Assembly: GCA_046726415.1 (NCBI GenBank)
Contig: JBKPAK010000103.1
Span: forward strand, 1 to 64,000
Length of the DNA stretch: 64,000 nt
Reading direction: 5' to 3'
Origin: Candidatus Methylomirabilota bacterium
Lineage (GTDB): Bacteria > Methylomirabilota > Methylomirabilia > Rokubacteriales > CSP1-6
Shown here: piece by piece, positions 49,526 to 59,372 of the stretch
How the letters are laid out: the number at the start of each line of letters is the position of its first letter
Position numbering within the stretch: the stretch's first letter is position 1
Translations under genes and position numbers: made by a program
Notes under the pieces: generated by a model
What the model was told of the DNA's origin: nothing
Seen by the model: the letters and a program-made list of their open reading frames with translations, nothing else
Databases searched by the model: none

Positions 49526-50362
49526 TCAGTCGCGATCACCGACGGCGGGTGCCGCCTTGGCGGGCGCGCCGTCTTCCGGAACCACGCGGCGCGCCAGGGT
49601 GATGAATCCCGTGTGGGCGACCATGCGATGGAAGGGGCGCACCGATTGGCCTTCGATGTTCCAGGGGCGGTAGAGCGTTTCGAAGGTCTCGATCTGGGCC
49701 CAGCGCGGGTCGTGCCGCAAGGCGTCGGAGAACTGATGGGACTGGATAATCGTCGGGACGTACGCGAGAAAAATGCCCCCCGTCCGCAGCCGCGAGGCCA
49801 CTGCCGGAGCGACGGCCCAGGGTTCGGGTAAGTCGAGCAACACGCGGTCGACCGGCTCCTCGTCGGGAAGCCCCTCCTCGACCGGCATCAACCGCACGAC
49901 CAGGTTCCCCACCTCACCCAGGCGGAGGCGGATGTTGGTCAGCGCTCGCCGCGCGAACTCATCGCGCTGTTCGTAGCTGATGATCCGTCCGTCAGGACCC
50001 ACGGCGCGCAGCAGGGCCAGGGTGAGCGCCCCCGAACCCATGCCCGCCTCGAGGACGCGACATCCGGGAGCGATGTCCGCCCAGAAGAGGATCATGGCCA
50101 GATCCTTGGGATAGATGACCTGAGCGCCGCGCGGCATCTCCAGCACGTATTCGGCCAGAGTAGGGCGCACGGCCAGGTAGCGGAGACCGAGCGAGCTGCG
50201 CACCCAGCTCCCCTCGGGCTGCCCGACGATGGCGTCGTGGGGGATCCATCCCCGGTCAGAATGAAACGTCTCCGACTTGCGAAGAAAGATCAGGTGTCGC
50301 TTGCCCCGCTGATCGATGAGCAGCACCTGCTCACCGTCCTGGAACGCCATGCCGTGGGTCAC
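49526..50362 (-). CDS. trmI: tRNA (adenine-N1)-methyltransferase, TrmI/GCD14 family
   Basis: MPRGAQVIYPKD, LEAGMGSGALT, LDLPEPW, RP.HRMVAHTGF. Confidence 0.9.
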   Translation of the reverse strand: MTHGMAFQDGEQVLLIDQRGKRHLIFLRKSETFHSDRGWIPHDAIVGQPEGSWVRSSLGLRYLAVRPTLAEYVLEMPRGAQVIYPKDLAMILFWADIAPGCRVLEAGMGSGALTLALLRAVGPDGRIISYEQRDEFARRALTNIRLRLGEVGNLVVRLMPVEEGLPDEEPVDRVLLDLPEPWAVAPAVASRLRTGGIFLAYVPTIIQSHQFSDALRHDPRWAQIETFETLYRPWNIEGQSVRPFHRMVAHTGFITLARRVVPEDGAPAKAAPAVGDRD

Positions 50363-50584
50363 GAGCGAGGGCGGGCAGCCGGGCGAAGCATCGCGGCCGC
50401 GGGATCAGCGCGGGGCGTTGCGGAGACGGTGACCACGACGAACAGCACGGCAGTGTCGAGCATGACCTACCAATGGTACCGCAGCCATCCGAGGGACACG
50501 AGCGCCTGAGGTCCGCTCATCGACTGGGGATCTGGCGGTGCGGCGAAAGCGTCCCGATCAGGTTGACGGGGTGACCGGCCGTGT

Positions 50585-51760
50585 TCATGCCATGCCGAAG
50601 GCGTCCAGGCCGGTGATGTCCCGGCCGATGATGAGGGTGTGGATGTCGTGAGTGCCCTCGTAGGTGTTGACCGTCTCCAGGTTGAGCAGATGCCGGATGA
50701 CGGGGTGCTCGTCCACGATCCCGGCCGCCCCCATGATGTCCCGGGCCAGCCGGGCGGCGTCGAGCGCCATCTGCACGTTGTTCATCTTGGCCATCGAGAC
50801 CTGCTGGGCCCGCGCCTGGCCCTGGTCTTTGAGCCGCCCGAGCTGCAAGCACAAGAGCTGGGCCTTGGTGATCTCGGTCACCATCCACACCAGCTTCTGC
50901 TGCACGAGCTGGAAGCTGGCGATGGGTTTGGCGAACTGGATGCGCTGCTGGGCGTACTGGAGCGCCCAGTCGTATACCGCCATGGCCGCGCCCACCGCGC
51001 CCCAGGCGATCCCGTAGCGCGCCTGGTTGAGACAGCCCAGGGGCCCGCGCAGGCCCCGCACGCCGGGAAGTTTGCTGTCGAGCGGGATGTGGCAGTCCTG
51101 GAAGCTCAACTCAGAGGTGATCGACGCGCGCATCGAGAACTTGCCGTGGATGTCCAGGGTGGAGTATCCGGGGGTGCCCTTCTCGACCAGAAACCCAGAA
51201 ATCTCCCCGTCGTCCTCGCGGGCCCACACCACCGCCACATCCGCGATGGAGCCGTTGGTGATCCAGAGCTTGGTCCCGTTCAGGACGTACCCATCGTCTT
51301 TGCGCACCGCTCGGGTCTTCATGGATCCGGGATCCGAGCCGTGGTCGGGTTCCGTGAGCCCGAAGCAGCCGACCTTCTCGCCCGTGGCGAGGGTGGGCAG
51401 CCAGCGGTCCTTCTGCGCCTCCGAGCCATAGCTGTAGATCGGGTACATCACCAGGCCGCTCTGCACCGACGCCGCCGAACGCAGTCCCGAGTCACCCCGC
51501 TCCAGCTCCTGCATGATGAGCCCATAGGCGACATTGTTGAGCCCCGCGCAGCCGTACCCTTTGAGGGTGGCGCCGAAGACGCCCATGTCGCCGAGCTTCG
51601 GGAGGAGATCGAGCGGGAAGGTCCCCGCCCGGTGGTGCTCGCTCACGATCGGCAGGAATTCGGCCTCGACCCAATCGCGAATGGTATCCCGCACCATCCG
51701 CTCATCTTCGGACAGCAGCGCCTCTACCTGGTAATAATCGACGCCCTGGAACTTCTCCAT
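50585..51760 (-). CDS. Acyl-CoA dehydrogenase, glutaryl-CoA dehydrogenase-like
   Basis: ELERGDSG.RS, CFGLTEPDHGSDPG, NLETVNTYEGTHDIH. Confidence 0.9.
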   Translation of the reverse strand: MEKFQGVDYYQVEALLSEDERMVRDTIRDWVEAEFLPIVSEHHRAGTFPLDLLPKLGDMGVFGATLKGYGCAGLNNVAYGLIMQELERGDSGLRSAASVQSGLVMYPIYSYGSEAQKDRWLPTLATGEKVGCFGLTEPDHGSDPGSMKTRAVRKDDGYVLNGTKLWITNGSIADVAVVWAREDDGEISGFLVEKGTPGYSTLDIHGKFSMRASITSELSFQDCHIPLDSKLPGVRGLRGPLGCLNQARYGIAWGAVGAAMAVYDWALQYAQQRIQFAKPIASFQLVQQKLVWMVTEITKAQLLCLQLGRLKDQGQARAQQVSMAKMNNVQMALDAARLARDIMGAAGIVDEHPVIRHLLNLETVNTYEGTHDIHTLIIGRDITGLDAFGMA

Positions 51761-51799
51761 CGTCGGGCTCCTCCAGGCTGGGGCTCGCCGCCCCGTGCT

Positions 51800-52459
51800 T
51801 CACAAGTGCAGTGGGTTGAAGTCGGTGTCCCGGTCGTAGGCATCCATCCGCTCGCGGTCTTTCAGCCAGCCGACGACAAGGTACGTCAGTGGGGTGGCCG
51901 CGGCCTCGTAGGCGACCTTGGTCACCCACTGCGCCACGATGATGGTGACCAGCATGGCGAGCGGCACCAGGCCGGCGAAGGCGAACGCAACGAAGACGAC
52001 ACTATCCAGTCCTTGCCCGACGATGGTCGAGCCCACCGTTCGCGTCCAGAGCCATCGCCCCTGGGTGGCGATCTTCATGCGGGCCAGCGTGAAGCTGTTG
52101 GCGAACTCTCCGATGAGGTAGGCGAGGAAGGACGCCGCCAGGATCCTCGGGGTCTGCGCGAAAATCTCGGCATAGGCCGCCTGCCCCTTCCACACCGGGG
52201 CCGGAGGCAGCTCTCCGGCCAGCCAGATGGCGGCCACCATCAGGACATTGCAGGCGAAGCCGAGCCAGATGACCCGGCGGGCCGCGGCGTAGCCGTACAC
52301 TTCGGTGAGAACGTCCCCCACGATGTACGAGAGGGGGAAGATCACGACGCCGGCCGGCAACACCAGGCCGCCGACGATCACGAGCTTGGTGGCGATGACA
52401 TTGGCCGTGAGGAGACAGGTGACGAACAGCCCGGCGAAGACCAGGAATCGCCACGTCAT
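51800..52459 (-). CDS. Queuosine precursor transporter (YhhQ/VUT family)
   Basis: FPLSY...[23 protein letters not shown]; divergent from queC. Confidence 0.9.
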   Translation of the reverse strand: MTWRFLVFAGLFVTCLLTANVIATKLVIVGGLVLPAGVVIFPLSYIVGDVLTEVYGYAAARRVIWLGFACNVLMVAAIWLAGELPPAPVWKGQAAYAEIFAQTPRILAASFLAYLIGEFANSFTLARMKIATQGRWLWTRTVGSTIVGQGLDSVVFVAFAFAGLVPLAMLVTIIVAQWVTKVAYEAAATPLTYLVVGWLKDRERMDAYDRDTDFNPLHL

Positions 52460-52575
52460 CACCAGCCCCTGCTCGGCCACATCGCCTCGATACTACACGA
52501 CGCATCGGCCCGCCACGACGAGTCGGCCCGGAGTTCTGGGGGCATGAGGCGCCGCGACACAGTGACGGTGGGGCG

Positions 52576-53277
52576 ATGAGCGTGGCCCGTCGCGCCGTCG
52601 TGCTGCTCAGCGGTGGCATCGACTCCACCACGGCCCTGGCCGTCGCCCTGCGAGGGGGATTCGCCGTCCATGCCCTGACCTTCAACTATGGTCAGCGGCA
52701 CGCCGCGGAGATCGGGGCGGCCCGGCGCGTGGTGCGGTCGCTGGCCGCGGACCAGCACATCGTCGTCAGCTTCGATCTCCGCCTCTTCGGCGGCTCCGCG
52801 CTCACCGCCGCCGTCGACGTCCCGAAGGATCGGGCTCCGGCCGAGATGGCCGGCGACATCCCCATCACCTACGTTCCCGCACGCAACACGATCTTCCTCT
52901 CCTTCGCGCTGGCCTGGGCGGAGACTCTCGCGGCGAGCGACATCTTCATCGGCGTCAACGCCCTCGACTATTCGGGATATCCCGACTGTCGCCCGGAGTA
53001 CATCGAGGCCTTCCAGCGAATGGCCGATCTCGCGACCAGGGCCGGCGTCGAGGGGCGCCAGCGACTCCGCATTCACACGCCGCTCCTCCGCATGACCAAG
53101 GCCGAGATCATCCGGACAGGCCTGGCCCTCGGGGTGGATTACGGCTTGACGCTCTCCTGCTACGACCCCGCCCCCGACGGCGCCTGCGGGCGCTGCGATG
53201 CGTGCCACCTGCGACTCAAGGGCTTCGCCGAAGCGGGCCGGCGCGACCCGGCCACCTACCGCGCGTCAGGACGATGA
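52576..53277 (+). CDS. queC: 7-cyano-7-deazaguanine synthase
   Basis: SGGIDS, YGQRH, TYVPARN, YPDCR, SCY, CGRCDAC. Confidence 0.95.
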   Translation: MSVARRAVVLLSGGIDSTTALAVALRGGFAVHALTFNYGQRHAAEIGAARRVVRSLAADQHIVVSFDLRLFGGSALTAAVDVPKDRAPAEMAGDIPITYVPARNTIFLSFALAWAETLAASDIFIGVNALDYSGYPDCRPEYIEAFQRMADLATRAGVEGRQRLRIHTPLLRMTKAEIIRTGLALGVDYGLTLSCYDPAPDGACGRCDACHLRLKGFAEAGRRDPATYRASGR

Positions 53278-54696
53278 CTACACGTTGGTGACGATGGACG
53301 AGGGCTCCTCGTTGAGCGCGCGCTTGAGGGCAACGGCCAGTTCGGCGTCGTGTTCGTGGGAGGTCGCGAAGATGCGGCACTGGGCGACCTTGCCCGGGAG
53401 GTACTTGAGGATCTCGGTCAGCGGCTCCTCGGACACGCGTTTAGTGGCCGAGTCGTAGACGTAAATCTGGCGGTCGCCCATCTTGAGGGGGTTGAGCGGT
53501 CGCGGGTCCTGCAGGGCCATGTCGATCTTGAAGGGGAACTCCTTGAGCCTCGAGGGCAGAAAAGTCCGGACGCGCCGCTCCACGGTCTCCGCATCCAAAA
53601 AGGCCTGACCCTTGCGCGCTTCGAACTGATCGAGAATCTCCTCGCTCGACATCCGCCACTTCAGCCGCCGGTCGAGCACATGCCGCCATTCGGCGCCCAA
53701 CGCTCGCTTCCCGGTCTGCGGATCATCAGGCCGGTCGTCGTGCCACCGGCCGACTTCCTCCAGCAGCGTCCATTCCGTCAGGTGCAGGTACGGATGCAGC
53801 TCCTTGCGAAGGTCGTAGGGAAAGGCCAGTCGCATGGTCTCGCGGAAGATCTCCTTCAAGTGAAGGTCGATCCCCCGCGTGGTGCGATGGTAGTAGACGT
53901 TGGTGTACATGTAGAAGCGGGCGTTCAGGAACATGGTGAACGCTTGCAGCCCACTTCGGTCGAGGGTCAGGCCCTTCTCGCTGAAGAACGAATAGTAGAT
54001 GATGCGCTCGATGTCGATGGGACCGACCGCCACCCCGCACATGTAGGCGTCGCGCAGCACATAGTCCATGTTGTCCGCTGTGAACACCCCCGACAGGAGC
54101 GGCTTCAGGAAGGACAGCCATTTCGGGTGCGACTCCAGGGGCTGAGTGTACGTCTTCCCCATCAGGTAACACAGCCATTCGGGATCGATCTGCTCATCGG
54201 CCTGGAAGGCGCCAGACGGGCTCCGCCGAATGCCGCGCAGGATATCCGCCAGCTCCTCACGGATGATCTTCTGGCCCACCAGTTCGTGGGTCAGCTCGAA
54301 ATCGTTCAAGAAGTTGTCGTCGAAGAAGTGGCCGAATGGACCGTGGCCGACGTCGTGCAGCAGCCCGGTCATCCGCAACAGTTCCTCCAGGAGCGCCGTC
54401 GACGGACCGTCGGGGAAGATGGCGTGGAGCGACGCAGAGAGTTGCTGGGCCAGACGCCCGGCCAGGTGCATGGCGCCCAGTGAATGTTGGAAGCGGCTGT
54501 GCTCAGCAGCGGGAAAGACCCAGCGCGCCGACTGGAGCTGGGGAATCCGCCGCAGGCGCTGCACCCATGGCGTATCGATGACGTCCTGTTCCGTGGCCTC
54601 GCCCGGAATCCCGCCGGGCCGGGTGTAGAAGATATAGTGATGGATCGGATCGCAGATGAGTCCGCGCCCCTCGTAGGTGTCGACGGCCCCCTTCAT
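53278..54696 (-). CDS. HD-domain phosphohydrolase (dNTP triphosphohydrolase/SAMHD1-like)
   Basis: DPIH, QRLR.I.QL, HSRFQHSLG, LLHDVGHGPF.H, D.MDY..RD. Confidence 0.88.
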   Translation of the reverse strand: MKGAVDTYEGRGLICDPIHHYIFYTRPGGIPGEATEQDVIDTPWVQRLRRIPQLQSARWVFPAAEHSRFQHSLGAMHLAGRLAQQLSASLHAIFPDGPSTALLEELLRMTGLLHDVGHGPFGHFFDDNFLNDFELTHELVGQKIIREELADILRGIRRSPSGAFQADEQIDPEWLCYLMGKTYTQPLESHPKWLSFLKPLLSGVFTADNMDYVLRDAYMCGVAVGPIDIERIIYYSFFSEKGLTLDRSGLQAFTMFLNARFYMYTNVYYHRTTRGIDLHLKEIFRETMRLAFPYDLRKELHPYLHLTEWTLLEEVGRWHDDRPDDPQTGKRALGAEWRHVLDRRLKWRMSSEEILDQFEARKGQAFLDAETVERRVRTFLPSRLKEFPFKIDMALQDPRPLNPLKMGDRQIYVYDSATKRVSEEPLTEILKYLPGKVAQCRIFATSHEHDAELAVALKRALNEEPSSIVTNV

Positions 54697-54711
54697 GACC
54701 TCGAGCGTACC

Positions 54712-55728
54712 CTAGCGGTTGGTAGTACGGAACAGCTGGCGCCGATCCACCGATCGCACGGCGACGATGCGGATGGCCTCGTCGCGCACGATCGAGAGCG
54801 CGATCACGTCGCCGGCCCGCGCGCGCCAGAGCTGCTCGTAGAACTCTGCTTGAGCGCTCACCCTGACGCCGTTGACGGCGACGATGCGATCTCCCTTGCG
54901 GAGGCCGGCCCCCCGAGCGGGGCCGACGGCGGAGAAGCCGTCGATGATGATCCCGTCATCTCTCTCCAACGTGTAGAGGCCCAACCAGGGTCGGGGCGGG
55001 CGGCTCACCACGTGGCCGGCCGCGATCAATTCTTCCTTCACCGGCACGAACTTCTCGAGGGGAATGGCCAAGTTCACGTGCGGATGCGGCCCGAGGCGAA
55101 GTGACGCGATGGCGATCACGTCGCCGCGGGCGTCGACCACCGCGCTGCCGCCCCAGGAGGGGCTTCCGGGCGCGACGATGAACGCGCGATCGAGCATGTA
55201 CTCCCAGTACGCCGAGAAGCGGCGGATGGCTTGCAGCCCGCTCGCGACCCACACCAGGTTGCCGTCCTCGTCGACGCCCACGGTGCCCGTGAGGGCGCCC
55301 GGTGCGGCGTCACGCGACTGCCCGAGGGCGGCGACCGGCCACGGGCCGGCCTCCTCAAGCTTGACCACGCCCAGGCCGGAGTCGAAGTCGATGCCGATCA
55401 GGCGCGCCGGCACGGTGCGGTCGTCGCGGGTTCGCGCTTCGATGGAGACGGCGTCGAGGAGTACATAGCTCACCGTCAGGGCAAAGCCACGGCTGTCGAA
55501 AATTACGCCGCTCGCGAAGCGCTCTGTGCCGAGCGTCGCCGCCGAGGGGCCATCCTCGCTCGCTCGGACCCGCAAACCAATGATGGCCGGCTGAACGCGC
55601 TGCACGAACGAGGGCAGCGCGGAGAGTTGACGTGGGTCGAGTCGGTACTCGCGCGCGGCCGGCGTCGCGCCGACGAGTACGGGGAGAAGGACGGCCAGGG
55701 CGATCAGCAGCGCCGCGCGCCGTCGCAT
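54712..55728 (-). CDS. Trypsin-like + PDZ protein with a degenerate catalytic triad
   Basis: Signal peptide, HtrA-like layout, PWLG + PDZ; LTVSY and PSWGG replace TNAH and GNSGG. Confidence 0.8.
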   Translation of the reverse strand: MRRRAALLIALAVLLPVLVGATPAAREYRLDPRQLSALPSFVQRVQPAIIGLRVRASEDGPSAATLGTERFASGVIFDSRGFALTVSYVLLDAVSIEARTRDDRTVPARLIGIDFDSGLGVVKLEEAGPWPVAALGQSRDAAPGALTGTVGVDEDGNLVWVASGLQAIRRFSAYWEYMLDRAFIVAPGSPSWGGSAVVDARGDVIAIASLRLGPHPHVNLAIPLEKFVPVKEELIAAGHVVSRPPRPWLGLYTLERDDGIIIDGFSAVGPARGAGLRKGDRIVAVNGVRVSAQAEFYEQLWRARAGDVIALSIVRDEAIRIVAVRSVDRRQLFRTTNR

Positions 55729-55734
55729 GCTCCA

Positions 55735-56271
55735 CTACCCCCGCGCGATGTCCCACACATCAGCGCCCGCGAAGTCCCAAGGCAGCCGCCCTTCGTCGCA
55801 GAGGGCTGGATCGGCGGAGAACGGCTGGTCCACGAAATAGATCACATGGCCGGTGGCCAGTCCCAGATTCCGTATGCCATGGGCCACGCCCGGCGGGACG
55901 CGCAGGAGCCGGGAGCTTCCGCTCCCGAGGACGAGACGAACGCGAGTCCCTTCCGTCGGTGAGTGCTCGCGGACATCGAGGAGTACCACGAGCATGCGGT
56001 CGGAGGGGGGCACGTACCAGATATCCGTCTGGCGCTTGTGCAGGTGGAAGGCCTTGATCACCCCAGCTTCGATCTCGCTGTAGTTGATCTGACGCATCGC
56101 GAAGCCGTCGAACGCCTCTGGGCGGCCATCCACCAGCCGAGCCAGTTCGGTGATGGATCCCCCGTCATCGGCATGGCGCTTCAGTTCGACAACCTGGACG
56201 CCGTCGATCTGGGGCGCCGGCGAATACGATTGCGTATAGAAGGCCCGCTTGGCATCCGAGGTGACGTTCAT
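55735..56271 (-). CDS. dTDP-4-dehydrorhamnose 3,5-epimerase-like cupin
   Basis: IDGV..V.LK.H.DD.G, IKAFHLH, DVR..SPT, VPPGVAHG. Confidence 0.85.
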   Translation of the reverse strand: MNVTSDAKRAFYTQSYSPAPQIDGVQVVELKRHADDGGSITELARLVDGRPEAFDGFAMRQINYSEIEAGVIKAFHLHKRQTDIWYVPPSDRMLVVLLDVREHSPTEGTRVRLVLGSGSSRLLRVPPGVAHGIRNLGLATGHVIYFVDQPFSADPALCDEGRLPWDFAGADVWDIARG

Positions 56272-56432
56272 CCGTGGGTCTACCTTTTGGGTTTTCGCGA
56301 GTATAGCAGTCACGCCGCCGCCTCGGTAGCCATGGTCGAGTCATATGCTGTTGACTCGATCGGAAATGCGGATGATCATGTGAGGGAGCGTCTCATCGTT
56401 TCGATCGCGAGGAGAGGAGTGGAATCGCGCCG

Positions 56433-57659
56433 ATGAAGACCTTGAAAGAAATGATCGCCGAGGCCCGTGCAGTCGTTCCCGAGGAGGGGCCCGCGGATCT
56501 GCGGCGCCGTATCGAAGCTGGAGAGCCGGTCAGCATCGTCGACGTGCGTGACCCTGACGAATACCGGGATGGCCATATCGAGCCGGCCACCAACATCAGC
56601 CGGGGATTCCTGGAGTTTCGCATCGGAAGCGCTGTTCCCGATCCGTCGTCGACCGTCGTTCTCTATTGCCAGTCCGGCCTTCGCTCCGTCCTGGCGGCCA
56701 AAGCGCTTAAGGATCTTGGCTACGCGAACGTCATCAATCTCCAGGGCGGATACCAGAAGTGGGCGCAATCCGGATTCCCGGTGGTCAAGGACGTCGCGCT
56801 GACCACCGAGCAAATCCAGCGCTACAGCCGACATTTCCTCCTCTCCCAGGTGGGCGAGAAGGGGCAGCGCAAGCTGCTGCGCTCCAAGGTCCTGCTCATC
56901 GGCGCCGGCGGCCTGGGGTCGCCGACGGCCCTCTACCTGGCCGCGGCTGGCGTCGGCACTCTCGGGCTCATGGACGGCGACATCGTCGACATCACCAACC
57001 TGCAGCGGCAGATCCTGCACACGACGGCCGACGTCGGCAAGCCCAAGGTGGAATCGGGTACGCGAACGCTGAAGGCCCTGAACCCTGACGTCAACGTCAT
57101 CGCCCTCCCCACGCGCATCACCGTCGACAACGTCAACGACATCATTGCCGACTACGACCTCGTCGTGGACGGCTCCGACAACTTCGAGACTCGCTACCTC
57201 GTCAACGATGCATGTTACCTGGCCGGCAAGACCAACGTACACGGCTCGATCTTCCAGTTCGAGGGCATGGCGTCGGTGTTCGCCCCTAATCAGGGGCCGT
57301 GCTATCGCTGCCTCTATCCCTCTCCGCCGCCACCCGGCCTCGTACCCTCCTGAAGCGAGGCCGGTGTCCTGGGCGTGCTCCCAGGAGTGATCGGGCTGGT
57401 GCAGGCCACCGAAGCGGTGAAGCTTCTCCTCGGTATCGGCGACCCCCTCATCGGACGGCTCCTCACCTACGACGCCCTCGGCATGCGCTTCCGCGAGGTG
57501 CGTCTGAGGCGGGATCCGAAGTGCCCCCTGTGCGGGAATGCCCCCACCATCAAGGATCTGTCCATTCATCGGGAAGGGGCCGACGAAGCGTGCGCCGCGA
57601 CTGAGAACGGCGACGGCCAGGTCGCGCTCGCTGGTACCCCGGTCCGCGCCGGCGCCTGA
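56433..57659 (+). CDS. moeB: Rhodanese-MoeB (molybdopterin-synthase adenylyltransferase) fusion, probable selenoprotein (TGA at 57351-57353)
   Basis: Rhodanese YCQSGLRS; RYSRH, GAGGLG, NLQRQ, CYRC, PS*SEAGVLG, RDPKCPLC all in one frame across the TGA. Confidence 0.85.
57361..57394 (+). promoter_or_regulatory. Putative bacterial SECIS hairpin
   Basis: TCCTGGG-cgtgct-CCCAGGA stem (57367-86) extended by CCGGT/ATCGG; apical loop ~20 nt 3' of the UGA. Confidence 0.6.
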
Positions 57660-57729
57660 TCGTCCGTCCAGGCGCCTCCGCGGACCGGCCGGTGCGTCGG
57701 CCCCCACCGACAGGTATGCGACATCCGAG

Positions 57730-58230
57730 ATGAGTCGGCGCAGCGGGACCGAGTTGACCCCCGCGCTCGTCCAGCGCTTCTCGCAACGCGAACTTCGCAA
57801 CCGGCTTGGCGCCGTGCTGCCCTTCGTCACCATCGATGGGCAGGGGCGGGCGCATCCGATGCTGCTCTCCTACCTCGAGATCCGGGCGTACGATTCGCGG
57901 ACGCTGGGGCTGGTGATTCAGGCCCGCAGCGGGAGTGCACAGAACCTCGTCGAGCGGGGCGTGGGAACACTACTCGTCGTGGAGCCCGACGCCATTGTGT
58001 ACGTGAAGACTCGGGCCATCGATGGGCCGCTGCCCGTTCCAGGCGGGGAGGAGGCGGGGCTGGGCTACTTCCTCCTCGAGGTCGAGGAGATCCTGGAGGA
58101 CGTCGCGGCGGACTGGGAGACAGCAATGCGCATTACGGCCCCTGCTCAGTATCGGCCCGTACCCACGCTCGACGAGCCGTGGGCGCGCGCGACGCTCGAC
58201 TCCCTCGCCTCACCCCGCGCGCGGGCCTGA
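57730..58230 (+). CDS. Pyridoxamine 5'-phosphate oxidase-like (FMN-binding split barrel) protein
   Basis: TID..G.AH..LLS..E, S.S..NL...G..TL. Confidence 0.65.
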   Translation: MSRRSGTELTPALVQRFSQRELRNRLGAVLPFVTIDGQGRAHPMLLSYLEIRAYDSRTLGLVIQARSGSAQNLVERGVGTLLVVEPDAIVYVKTRAIDGPLPVPGGEEAGLGYFLLEVEEILEDVAADWETAMRITAPAQYRPVPTLDEPWARATLDSLASPRARA

Positions 58231-58249
58231 GAGGGGGCCGGTGATGTCC

Positions 58250-59326
58250 CTAGCGCTCGCGGTAGAGACCGATCTCGACCTCGAGTTCCCTGCGCGTCCC
58301 CTCGCGCACGAGCCCGACCTTCACCTTCTTGCCCACCGGAGAAGAGGACACCAATCGCATGAGGTCGCGCGGCCCGTCCAGCGGCGCACCGTCCAGGGTG
58401 GTGAGGACGTCATTGGCCTTCAACCCACCCCGGTCGGCGGGCTCGCCGGGAATCACGCCGCGCACGAGCACGCCCTTCACCTCGGCCAGCTTCAGCCGCT
58501 CGGCATCTTCGTCGCTGACCTCGGTGATGCTCACTCCGAGCCAGCCCCATTCCACCTTGCCCTTGCTGGCGAGTTGGGGCACGAGCAGCGACACGAGGTT
58601 CGATGGAATGGCGAACCCGATCGTCCCGGTGCGGGCCGCCATGGTGTTGATACCGACGACCTCGCCGGCCATGTTGACGAGCGGGCCCCCGGAGTTGCCG
58701 GGATGGATCGCGGCGTCGGTTTGGATGAAGTCGAAGCCCGGGGCGGCCACCGCGATCGGCGCACCCTTTCGACTCACGATGCCGAAAGACACGGAGTGCT
58801 CGAGCCCGAAGGGGTGGCCGAGTGCCATCACGAATTCGCCCACCCGCAAGCGGTTGGCGTCGCCGAAGGTGAGCACGGGGAGCGGGCCCGCGCCTTCGAT
58901 CCTGATCACGGCCAGATCCACGCGCGCGTCCTTGCCGAGCACGGCCGCCGTGAAGCGCCGCCCGTCAAAGGTTCGCACCTGGATCCAGTCGGCGCCGTCC
59001 ACGACGTGCGCGTTGGTGACGATGATGCCACTGCGGTCGACGATGACGCCCGACCCCGTGGAACGCCGCGGGTCCCCGGGCTCCGCTTCCTCTTCTTTGG
59101 GTACGTTGGCCCGCCGGGCCCGAATGTGAACCAGCGCGGGCTTCAGCCGCTCGGCGAGGTCCGCCAGGATCTGGTTGAAGCGGGCCAACTCGGGCGGCAC
59201 CGCCGCGGGGGCGGTGTCGACGGCCTTTGGATTCGCTGTCTGGGCGGCACCAGGAACGGCTGAGCCCACCAGGGCCGCGGCGAGAAGGGCGACAACGAGG
59301 CGGGCGGAGAGCCCGGATGCACGCAT
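58250..59326 (-). CDS. HtrA/DegP-like serine protease with PDZ domain
   Basis: TNAHVV, DLAV, QTDAAI.PGNSGGPL; GGGAGG RBS. Confidence 0.93.
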   Translation of the reverse strand: MRASGLSARLVVALLAAALVGSAVPGAAQTANPKAVDTAPAAVPPELARFNQILADLAERLKPALVHIRARRANVPKEEEAEPGDPRRSTGSGVIVDRSGIIVTNAHVVDGADWIQVRTFDGRRFTAAVLGKDARVDLAVIRIEGAGPLPVLTFGDANRLRVGEFVMALGHPFGLEHSVSFGIVSRKGAPIAVAAPGFDFIQTDAAIHPGNSGGPLVNMAGEVVGINTMAARTGTIGFAIPSNLVSLLVPQLASKGKVEWGWLGVSITEVSDEDAERLKLAEVKGVLVRGVIPGEPADRGGLKANDVLTTLDGAPLDGPRDLMRLVSSSPVGKKVKVGLVREGTRRELEVEIGLYRER

Positions 59327-59372
59327 GGAGAACCTCCCGTCGAGCAGTGTCGTCACAGTATAGCGCCAGCCC

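Noticed and set aside
50359-50463. 34-aa minus-strand ORF upstream of trmI (TACCAT 9 nt before the ATG; stop overlaps the trmI GTG)
   Set aside because: Short, with no motif; cannot be distinguished from chance.
32656-52579. Long antisense ORFs (e.g. 32656-34305, 39441-40991, 50639-52579)
   Set aside because: Shadow frames of real genes, as expected from high-GC codon bias; no motifs.
41023-53277. Dpd 7-deazaguanine DNA-modification island (DGQHR + queC)
   Set aside because: No dpdA/tgt, dpdC, queD/E or folE is present. The genes are 10 kb apart among housekeeping genes, and queC with yhhQ fits tRNA queuosine metabolism.
57351-57353. moeB nonsense pseudogene or split gene
   Set aside because: The stop falls exactly on the conserved Cys codon, the rest of the gene is intact and a hairpin follows, so Sec recoding explains it better.
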